DNA from: a virus
Reading direction: 5' to 3' (one strand)
Length of the DNA stretch: 36,596 nucleotides
Virus record (IMG/VR): IMGVR_UViG_3300045988_163835
The notes beneath the pieces are model-generated. The model saw only the letters and a program-made list of their open reading frames with translations, searched no databases and was not told the DNA's origin. Positions 16,553 through 23,281 of the stretch are shown in pieces; position 1 is the stretch's first letter; every line of letters begins with the position of its first letter. A program made the translations under genes and the position numbers.

Positions 16553-17023
16553 CTAAAATGGTAAATCATCATCATTAATTTGCACTTCGTTTCCGAAGCT
16601 AGCAAATGGATCGTTTGCTGTAGGCATACTATCAATTTGTTCTCCAGTTATAGGTCCTGCCTTAACTGGTGGCTCTTCTAAATTGTTTACACTATCACTA
16701 GCTCCTTTACTATCAAGGAAAGTAACATTTGATACAAATATTTCAGTAACATATACTTTCTTACCATCTTTATCATCATAATTTCTTGTTTGAATTCTTC
16801 CCTCTACTGCCACTTGATTACCTTTCTTTTGATATTTAGAAAGATTCTCCGCTAGCTTGTCCCATACTACACAATTAATAAAATCTGCCTTTCTCTCGCC
16901 ATCATCATTTGTATATGGTCTATTTACCGCTATAGTAAATTGGCATACTTCTCTTTTTGTGTTTTCTGTCATTTTAAGTTCAGGATCTTTAGTTAATCTT
17001 CCAACTAATATTGCCTTGTTCAT
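16553..17023 (-). CDS. ssb: Single-stranded DNA-binding protein
   Basis: N-terminal OB-fold sequence MNKAILVGRLTKDPE and an acidic C-terminal tip DDDLPF. Confidence 0.9.
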   Translation of the reverse strand: MNKAILVGRLTKDPELKMTENTKREVCQFTIAVNRPYTNDDGERKADFINCVVWDKLAENLSKYQKKGNQVAVEGRIQTRNYDDKDGKKVYVTEIFVSNVTFLDSKGASDSVNNLEEPPVKAGPITGEQIDSMPTANDPFASFGNEVQINDDDLPF

Positions 17024-17232
17024 TTCTTAATTCCTCCTAATAATTTCATTAATTTATCTTTAAATTCTTCCCTTTCATTGATGTAAACATATTCTCCACA
17101 CCAACTACATAATTTTTTAATTCTTTTTTCAAAAGGATAAATAACAACTGAATGACCACATCTACACATATGTTTATATTTAGATATTTCATCCGATTTT
17201 TTTATTATTTCTTTATTGTTCATACAGACCAA
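17020..17232 (-). CDS. Zn-ribbon protein (about 67-70 aa)
   Basis: CRCGH ... CSWCGEY. The start is uncertain (TTG 17232 or ATG 17223). Confidence 0.5.
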   Translation of the reverse strand: MVCMNNKEIIKKSDEISKYKHMCRCGHSVVIYPFEKRIKKLCSWCGEYVYINEREEFKDKLMKLLGGIKK

Positions 17233-17443
17233 ATCTTATGTCTTTTCCTATTTCATCGTAGTCAGGCTCATTTATACTGATTTCTTTTGAGTTTTCTAAT
17301 TGTTCTCGTAAATGTTTTACTTCACTAATTAAATCATCAATCATTATTTCTATTTCTGCTATAGAAACATAACCATTTCTTGTACAATAATCAGTCATAG
17401 TTATTTCTTCTATTTCTTTTATTTTTTCCTCACTTAATATCAT
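17213..17443 (-). CDS. Hypothetical protein (76 aa)
   Basis: ORF in the early operon. Confidence 0.5.
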   Translation of the reverse strand: MILSEEKIKEIEEITMTDYCTRNGYVSIAEIEIMIDDLISEVKHLREQLENSKEISINEPDYDEIGKDIRFGLYEQ

Positions 17444-18068
17444 TTTTATTCCTTTCCTTATGCTCGTGCATAAACATATATTTAGAATTATTTCCCATGT
17501 TGTTGATTAACCATTCAGTTGCTGTTACTTTACTTAAATGAGTATTTTTTACTCTGCTTTCGTAATATCGATTTTCTGCTCTTTGATGTAATTCTTCCTC
17601 ATTTTCATAATTACCTTCAATAAAATAGTAATCATAGTTTTTAGCAATTATATGGTCTATTCGATTAGTATCAGTAGCATATATCAATTTATTTTCATTT
17701 ATTTTTAGTTTGTAGCCACATTGTGGTACATCATGATATAGTTTTATAGGTATTACTTTAAAAGTTTTATATGAGTAAGTTTTGCCTGTTTCATAGACAT
17801 CTATATTTTTCTTATTTACTCCACATTCAATTAAATCTTTTACTAACCATTCACAGCAGCCAAATCTCAATGTAGGTCTTTCAATTGCTAATTTTGATAT
17901 AGTTTTCTTATTAAAGTGATCTTCATGAATATGGGTTAGAAGAACTATTTCTAATCTCTTGTAATATTCATTTAATTTCTTAAATGAGATCCCACAATCA
18001 ATTAAAATAGTATCTTCTATAATCATTCCATTTCCATCAGAGCCACTATTAATTATTTTATAGTTCAT
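17430..18068 (-). CDS. Metallo-beta-lactamase-fold hydrolase
   Basis: 212 aa with the THIHEDH (HxHxDH) motif. Overlaps the recT 3' end. Confidence 0.75.
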   Translation of the reverse strand: MNYKIINSGSDGNGMIIEDTILIDCGISFKKLNEYYKRLEIVLLTHIHEDHFNKKTISKLAIERPTLRFGCCEWLVKDLIECGVNKKNIDVYETGKTYSYKTFKVIPIKLYHDVPQCGYKLKINENKLIYATDTNRIDHIIAKNYDYYFIEGNYENEEELHQRAENRYYESRVKNTHLSKVTATEWLINNMGNNSKYMFMHEHKERNKNDIK

Positions 18069-18939
18069 TTATATTAACCTGTTTTACTTCTGTAATCTTT
18101 TCAGTTGTTTCTGCTACTTCGGTATTTATTTTTTCTTCAGTAGGTACAGATACTATAGGTTGATTATCAACGTAATCACAAGTTCCATCTTCTTTTATAA
18201 CTGACATATCCTTTGTTAAAGCTTCTTGCATGTCTATACTCATAATTCCCCATTTAGAAATTAATTGCCTTAGCATAGTTTTAAAAGCCATACCATCGAA
18301 ATCTTTACTCCAAAATGAATAATTAGTACCTTTTTTTACATCACTTGCATATGCTTGTGAATATTCTAGTGCATGTTTTTGCATTTTTTCTTTTGACCAA
18401 TATAGATTTTTATAAAACCCATTTAAGTATTCGAAATAAGCCATATAACCAATTATTGGTTTATTTTCTCTTTCAACCTCATCTTCTATAAATTCAAATT
18501 GATGTTTACCAGTAATTTTATTTCTACCTAAGTATTCGCCTTCTCTTACTTCTATAACATCGATATCTTTATATTGACCACTTCTAATAGCCAATTGTAT
18601 ATATCCCTTGTATCCTAATTGGAATTGTGCTTTTTTAGATATTACTTCATATTTTTTTGTTTTTTCATTATATTTTTTTTGGTCAAAAGGCACTAAATAG
18701 TATTGACCTAATTGAGGGCTTGGACTTAAATTAAGTGCTTCTCCAAGTAATGCTCCACTAAGAATACTTCCGGCATCGCATTCTTGCAAACCAGGATTAG
18801 TAGCTACTGCACTACTTATTGCTGCAATAAACTTAGCTGACCTTTTTGGATCTCCCAATGTATTATTAATTAATTTTTTATAGCCTTCACTTTGAATTGC
18901 CAAACTAAACTTTGGTTTGCTTTGTAATTGATTATTCAT
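18058..18939 (-). CDS. recT: RecT-family single-strand annealing protein
   Basis: 293 aa. The N-terminal region (FIAAISSAVATNPGLQECDAGSILSGALLGEALNLSPSPQLGQYYLVPF) is typical of RecT. Confidence 0.85.
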   Translation of the reverse strand: MNNQLQSKPKFSLAIQSEGYKKLINNTLGDPKRSAKFIAAISSAVATNPGLQECDAGSILSGALLGEALNLSPSPQLGQYYLVPFDQKKYNEKTKKYEVISKKAQFQLGYKGYIQLAIRSGQYKDIDVIEVREGEYLGRNKITGKHQFEFIEDEVERENKPIIGYMAYFEYLNGFYKNLYWSKEKMQKHALEYSQAYASDVKKGTNYSFWSKDFDGMAFKTMLRQLISKWGIMSIDMQEALTKDMSVIKEDGTCDYVDNQPIVSVPTEEKINTEVAETTEKITEVKQVNINEL

Positions 18940-19801
18940 TGATATATCCCTCCTTGATTAAATAATTCTTCAATTCCTTTAATCTAGGTAAAGTAGCCTT
19001 AACTTTAAAGGTCATCTCGTATAATTCTTCTTGCTCTTCAAAATTATCAATAGTTGTTTGTTCTTCAACTGGTGCAGACAATACTTCATCCACTTTTTCG
19101 GTAACTATTTCTTCTTGTGCCTTTTGTTCTACCACAACCTCATAATCTCTTTGAACTTGTGCTAATATAACATGTCTATTATTAACTTCTTTTATTGCAA
19201 GAGATAAATTTTTATGTTTAAGATACTCGGCAAGAATTTCTTCTTTATGTTCCATTGTACTTATTGTTTCAATATCTCTCTCAACATTGTCTACTTTTTC
19301 AATAATTGCATCTTTGTATTTCTTTACCAATGCTCCTTTATCAGTTAAACCATCTAAACCAATTTGTAAATTAAGTTCTTCAAATGATAAGTAATTATCT
19401 TTGATAACTGTCTTAGAAGCTTTATATTCGTTAAAATAATCAATTGCTAATTTTTTAGCCTTTTCTTTTAAACTATTCTCCACTTCATCAATTTTAGTCT
19501 TTAATGTTAAATCTGCTTGTTGATATTTTGACTTTATTTCTGCCTCATAAGTTTTATTAAATAAATCATAAGGTGCATTGATTTTTTCTTTTATGTCTTT
19601 TCTTTGTCTTTCAAAATCTTTAAGTTCTGCCCCTAATTTAGTTCTTAGTTCTTTGATAGACTTTCTTGTCTCTTCACTGCAGACTAATGAATTTAAGTTT
19701 AGATCTTCAAGTCTTTTATCTAATTCTGCTCCAACTTCTTTAATTTTTTCAGTTATTTTTGGTAATTGTTCTACTACTGCTATTTGCATTTCTTCTTTCA
19801 T
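18932..19801 (-). CDS. DUF1351-like protein associated with RecT modules
   Basis: 289-aa acidic coiled-coil ORF immediately upstream of recT. Called from position only. Confidence 0.45.
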   Translation of the reverse strand: MKEEMQIAVVEQLPKITEKIKEVGAELDKRLEDLNLNSLVCSEETRKSIKELRTKLGAELKDFERQRKDIKEKINAPYDLFNKTYEAEIKSKYQQADLTLKTKIDEVENSLKEKAKKLAIDYFNEYKASKTVIKDNYLSFEELNLQIGLDGLTDKGALVKKYKDAIIEKVDNVERDIETISTMEHKEEILAEYLKHKNLSLAIKEVNNRHVILAQVQRDYEVVVEQKAQEEIVTEKVDEVLSAPVEEQTTIDNFEEQEELYEMTFKVKATLPRLKELKNYLIKEGYINE

Positions 19802-19827
19802 TCTTTCTACCTCGCTTTACTTTTTTA

Positions 19828-20166
19828 CTAATCAACTATTACTTGACTATCGTTTTCTTCATCATAATCTTTTGGTCTTGATGATAAAAAACTTATTTTT
19901 TCTGCTACTACTTGTAAATCATTTCCAGATAATCTTGCTAGTCTGCCTTTAACACCAATTACATCACCTTGCTTACAATATTCAACAGTACTTTCTGCTA
20001 CTTGTCCAACTAAATTAACTGGAATAAAATCTGTTTCATATTCTCCAATATCATTTTTAAAGTTTCTTGATACTGCTAAGACTATTGTTGTAGTCTTTCT
20101 ACCGTTCTCTGTTTCTTCTAATACAGGTCTTTTAACTAAACGACCTACTAAAACTAAATTATTCAT
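19828..20166 (-). CDS. Short SSB-like OB-fold protein (112 aa)
   Basis: MNNLVLVGRLVKRPV ... FIPVNLVGQVAE ... GDVIGVKGRL parallels the SSB OB fold. The tail is short and acidic and lacks the DDDLPF tip. Confidence 0.65.
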   Translation of the reverse strand: MNNLVLVGRLVKRPVLEETENGRKTTTIVLAVSRNFKNDIGEYETDFIPVNLVGQVAESTVEYCKQGDVIGVKGRLARLSGNDLQVVAEKISFLSSRPKDYDEENDSQVIVD

Positions 20167-20185
20167 TTTATCATACCTCTCTTCT

Positions 20186-20494
20186 TTATTTAAAATCTTT
20201 TAACAATTCTTCAAGCATTATTTTATCTTCTGGATCAAGTTCAACTTTTTTAACTTCTATTTCAAACCATCTAGGTCTTTTCAATTCTTTTATCTCTGCT
20301 AATGTTGGCATAAACTTTTTAGTTTTAATAGCTTCTATAATCATATTTTCGTATTCATCAGCAGAACAATCTCTCAACTCTTCATACCACAAGTTGAATA
20401 TTCTGATATCCATTTTTTTGTTGTAATTTTCTTCTAACATTTCTGTTATTTTTCTAAAATCTCTTTTATTCATTTTCCCATTTCTCTCTTTCAT
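20186..20494 (-). CDS. Hypothetical protein (about 95-102 aa)
   Basis: ORF overlapping the organizer 3' end. The start is ambiguous (20494 or 20473). Confidence 0.5.
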   Translation of the reverse strand: MKERNGKMNKRDFRKITEMLEENYNKKMDIRIFNLWYEELRDCSADEYENMIIEAIKTKKFMPTLAEIKELKRPRWFEIEVKKVELDPEDKIMLEELLKDFK

Positions 20495-21293
20495 CAGTTT
20501 TTGATTCTTTTTTATTATTAAACTTTTCGTTTTCTTTTTTTGCTAGCTCCAATGTAGTTATTTTCTTTCTTTGCCAACCTTCTAATATTCGGTCGATATA
20601 CTTAATCGAGCAAGCATTATTACAAACTGCTATCTGTGTAGCATAAACAATCAGTTCCTCTGAAATGTTATTGTCTACCCAAGATTTAATTACATCACAT
20701 TCTAATGGTGCTATAGTTCTTCCGAAGTTTTTTTCTATTGTAGAAAATATATTACTAAATATTAATTCTTCTTTATTATCTAAATTATTTAGTTTAGTAC
20801 TATTATCTAAATTATTTATATTAATATTATTATTTATATTAAGATCAGAATCAGAAACAGATACAGATACAGATGTATACCTAGGGTATGGATACCCTAT
20901 CGATACCCTATACCTTTCTAATATTTTTTCTAATTCTTTTCTTAATTTTTCACTCTTAATATATTGAATTAAACTTTCTACTTTTTTTAATAATTTTTCA
21001 CTTTTAGTCCAATTATATTTGTGCCAATTTTTTATAAGTATCTCTTTCGTTTCCTCCGCATAGAGTATTACTTTATGAACCTGTTCCATCCTAGTCAGTA
21101 GTTCCTCTACCTCACTTTTGTCTAGTTCAAGTTCATTTGACATCTGTCTAATTGAAACTTCATAGCAACCAATCAGATTTGTATGAGGATTAGTTAATAA
21201 ATATAATAGAAAATACTTATCTTTATAAGTAAAGTTATCTACTACTTTGTTGTCTTCCCAAAATGATAATGATACATTGCGATATATTGCCAT
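20466..21293 (-). CDS. Replisome organizer with a DnaD-like C-terminal domain
   Basis: Organizer-type N-terminus (SLSFWEDNKV ... LLTNPHTNLIGCYE). DnaD-like C-terminus (FSTIEKNFGRTIAPLECDVIKSW ... IKYIDRILEGWQRKKI). AGGAGG RBS. Confidence 0.8.
   Translation of the reverse strand: MAIYRNVSLSFWEDNKVVDNFTYKDKYFLLYLLTNPHTNLIGCYEVSIRQMSNELELDKSEVEELLTRMEQVHKVILYAEETKEILIKNWHKYNWTKSEKLLKKVESLIQYIKSEKLRKELEKILERYRVSIGYPYPRYTSVSVSVSDSDLNINNNININNLDNSTKLNNLDNKEELIFSNIFSTIEKNFGRTIAPLECDVIKSWVDNNISEELIVYATQIAVCNNACSIKYIDRILEGWQRKKITTLELAKKENEKFNNKKESKTDEREKWENE
20774..20915. promoter_or_regulatory. Candidate origin of replication inside the organizer gene (iterons plus AT-rich tract)
   Basis: 18-bp direct repeat tattatctaaattattta at 20774 and 20801. 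(cagaa/cagat)n hexamers at 20845-20874. 8-bp inverted repeat tagggtat/atacccta at 20882-20899. gataccctat repeated at 20891 and 20902 with 11-bp phasing. Confidence 0.45.
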
Positions 21294-21329
21294 TTAATCC
21301 TCCTTTACTCAAATCTCAAAACCCCAAAT

Positions 21330-21358
21330 TTGACAAAAACCATACTTTTTGCTATAAT
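21330..21358 (+). promoter_or_regulatory. Consensus sigma-A-type promoter: TTGACA, 17 bp, TGcTATAAT
   Basis: -35 TTGACA at 21330-21335, 17-nt spacer, extended -10 TG at 21350-21351, and -10 TATAAT at 21353-21358. Confidence 0.7.
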
Positions 21359-21364
21359 TATGTA

Positions 21365-21446
21365 TGTAAAAAGTTAACACGAACTTTTTATTTTTGTTAT
21401 TTGTCTGCTAGTTGTGTTACCGAACTATTACTAGCAGACATTTTTT
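21365..21446 (+). ncRNA. About 80-nt antisense sRNA candidate (two stem-loops, intrinsic terminator)
   Basis: SL1 is aaaaagtt/aacttttt (21368-21389). SL2 is tgtctgctagt/actagcagaca (21402-21440), followed by T6 (21441-21446). No ORF longer than 5 codons. Antisense to the minus-strand early operon. Confidence 0.6.
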
Positions 21447-21540
21447 GTATTGTAACATCATTTGTAACTGCTAATGTAATTAACACTAACAATCCATAAA
21501 AGATAATTATTCCTTTATTTCTATTTAAGAATGTTTTCAT
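21397..21540 (-). CDS. 47-aa hydrophobic peptide (N-terminal basic residues plus a TM helix)
   Basis: Hand-translated MKTFLNRNKGIIIFYGLLVLITLAVTNDVTIQKMSASNSSVTQLADK. The ATG abuts the stop of the upstream ORF. The RBS is weak (AAAGG, 11 nt upstream). Confidence 0.4.
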   Translation of the reverse strand: MKTFLNRNKGIIIFYGLLVLITLAVTNDVTIQKMSASNSSVTQLADK

Positions 21541-21825
21541 TTACATCATCGCCTTTCTCATCTTATTTGCTTCTCTTCTAATTAAAGCAACATCTATATT
21601 TAACTTTTCTACTACTTTTCTAGTAGGAACTAATATAGGCCTAGTTTTGAAATAAAATTCATTGTTTTTATCCATTTCATCACAGATTGATTTTCTAAAA
21701 TTATTTATCGCATTAGTCCCTAATGGTAATATAATTTTTAAATCTTCTGTACTTAACCAAGGTTTATTTAATACTTTTTCCTGTTCTATATAATTACTAA
21801 CAGGTCTCTTTTTATTTTTTCCCAT
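21541..21825 (-). CDS. Small basic DNA-binding-like protein (94 aa; possible excisionase/HTH)
   Basis: ORF following the cro-like gene. The WLSTEDLKIILPLGTNAINNFRK segment resembles excisionase-type HTH proteins. The functional call is weak. Confidence 0.5.
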   Translation of the reverse strand: MGKNKKRPVSNYIEQEKVLNKPWLSTEDLKIILPLGTNAINNFRKSICDEMDKNNEFYFKTRPILVPTRKVVEKLNIDVALIRREANKMRKAMM

Positions 21826-21886
21826 TTTATTTTCCTTTCTCGTGCTAGACTTATTTAGATATTCCAGTATCTATTTTTATTCAATT

Positions 21887-22102
21887 TTATTGAACAATTT
21901 TAGTAAAAAAATAATCATTAATTTTTGAATTTGGTATGTTTAACAATTCGCATGCTTTTGTAATTTCATTTTGTTTAAAATCAACTTTATTATTTATTTT
22001 TAAACTAATAGTTCTTTCAGATAAACCCATTTTAGTTGCAAAATTACCATTATTTTTAAATTTCTCTACTATCTTACCTTGCAGTTTTGAATAATCGTAC
22101 AT
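21887..22102 (-). CDS. Cro-like XRE-family HTH regulator (71 aa)
   Basis: Start moved to ATG 22102 (AAAGGAG RBS). HTH segment FATKMGLSERTISLKINNK. Divergent from the repressor gene. Confidence 0.7.
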   Translation of the reverse strand: MYDYSKLQGKIVEKFKNNGNFATKMGLSERTISLKINNKVDFKQNEITKACELLNIPNSKINDYFFTKIVQ

Positions 22103-22133
22103 TTTTTCTCCTTTCTGTTCAATTACCTTGAAC
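22077..22133. promoter_or_regulatory. Two TTCAA-N5-TTGAA operator-like palindromes (22077-22091 and 22118-22132)
   Basis: attcaatttttttgaac and gttcaattaccttgaac. The second sits at the predicted start of the cro-like transcript. Confidence 0.4.
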
Positions 22134-22139
22134 AATTTA

Positions 22140-22168
22140 ATAATACCACACTATTTTGTTGATGTCAA
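22140..22168 (-). promoter_or_regulatory. Early lytic promoter (PR-like): TTGACA, 17 bp, TGgTATTAT
   Basis: On the minus strand, -35 TTGACA at 22168-22163 and -10 TATTAT at 22145-22140 with an upstream TG. The -35 lies within the palindrome gttgatgtcaac (22158-22169). Confidence 0.6.
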
Positions 22169-22219
22169 CATAAAAATTCAATTTTTTTGAACTTTTTGAT
22201 TTATTTTTTTTTTATGATG

Positions 22220-22228
22220 TGTTATAAT
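22220..22228 (+). promoter_or_regulatory. Extended -10 (TGtTATAAT) for the repressor gene (PRM-like)
   Basis: TGTTATAAT ends 17 nt upstream of the repressor ATG region (GGGAGG RBS). No good -35. Confidence 0.45.
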
Positions 22229-22245
22229 ATATTTGGGAGGCAAAT

Positions 22246-23136
22246 ATGAAAGAAAGAAATACTAGTGATAGACTTAAAGAAATAATGGCAAAAAATGGAT
22301 TAAGGCAAATTGATATTTTAAATAAGGCAATTCCTTTTTGTAAGAAATACAATGTAAAATTAGGTAGAAATGATTTGAGTCAATATATTTCTGGAAAAGT
22401 TGAACCCAGCCAAAAAAAATTAACTGTTCTTGCTGAAGCCCTTGAAGTAAACGAAGCATGGTTAATGGGATATGATGTACCTATGGAAACAGAAATTAAA
22501 AGACAAAACAATAAATCTCGAATTTATTTTGGACTTACATTACTTGAATTATTTAGATATTATAAAATTCATATTAATAACAATATAAATTTTAAAACTT
22601 TTTGTGACTTAATTGGAATTGAAGAAAGTAGAATGCTAGACTTTATTAATTACAAAACATCACCTAATAGAGAAGAAATAAATAGAATATATAACTTATA
22701 TAATATGGATTCTGAAGAAAAACTTTTTGATGGTGAATTATATGAAGAATTGATAGAAAAGAATAACGGTTCTTGGGGTATTCAAATGATAAAAAATAGT
22801 ATGCCAGAAGAAGATTATATCAACGAAAATAATTTATCGTTAATTATCACTTCACTTTTGCCAGATAAGATTAAATTAGATAGTAATTCATTAGAAAATA
22901 CAAATAAAAATAAAATAATTTTAAAACAATTACTTTTAGACAATAATTTAATAACATCAGGAAAAGAAATTAATAAAGAAGATATATCAAATATCAAAAC
23001 CTTTTTAGAAGATAATATAGATTATATTAACAATAAATTAAACGATGAAGAAAGAAATAAAATAACATTAAACCACTCTTCTTCTAAAATCAGCGGAATG
23101 GAAAAAGAAAAACTAATTGAATCAAAAAATGAATAA
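22246..23136 (+). CDS. cI-like repressor: XRE HTH plus a long C-terminal domain
   Basis: N-terminal HTH (LRQIDILNKAI ... LSQYISGKVEPSQKKLTVLAEALEVNEAWLMG). 296 aa. Divergent from the cro-like gene and adjacent to int. Confidence 0.8.
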   Translation: MKERNTSDRLKEIMAKNGLRQIDILNKAIPFCKKYNVKLGRNDLSQYISGKVEPSQKKLTVLAEALEVNEAWLMGYDVPMETEIKRQNNKSRIYFGLTLLELFRYYKIHINNNINFKTFCDLIGIEESRMLDFINYKTSPNREEINRIYNLYNMDSEEKLFDGELYEELIEKNNGSWGIQMIKNSMPEEDYINENNLSLIITSLLPDKIKLDSNSLENTNKNKIILKQLLLDNNLITSGKEINKEDISNIKTFLEDNIDYINNKLNDEERNKITLNHSSSKISGMEKEKLIESKNE

Positions 23137-23213
23137 AAAAAAGACTAGAACTGCTGGAACAGAACTAGTCGTAGTACATAAAATAATCAAAATCTAGCAC
23201 GATTAGGATTTTT

Positions 23214-23237
23214 CTATGCAATATAATTATAGCATAG
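23214..23237. promoter_or_regulatory. Near-perfect 24-bp palindrome enclosing a TATAAT upstream of int
   Basis: ctatgcaatataattatagcatag. TATAAT at 23222-23227, about 55 nt upstream of the int ATG. Confidence 0.35.
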
Positions 23238-23281
23238 AAACAATTCTATTTCAATAATAAAATGAAAGGAAAGTGATTTTT

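Noticed and set aside
20845-20874. Hexamer repeats (cagaa/cagat) as a microsatellite or CRISPR-like array
   Set aside because: The stretch is too short, has no spacers, and is in frame within the organizer gene (encoding SVSVSVSDSD). It is interpreted as part of the candidate origin.
19578-20967. Plus-strand track ORFs 19578..19952 and 20665..20967
   Set aside because: They are antisense to the DUF1351-like, SSB-like and organizer genes. The second simply reads the iteron/low-complexity DNA in reverse.
21263-21499. Plus-strand 78-aa ORF over the sRNA locus
   Set aside because: It starts upstream of the promoter inside the organizer gene start and has no RBS. The promoter-to-terminator unit cuts it into pieces, so a non-coding RNA fits better.
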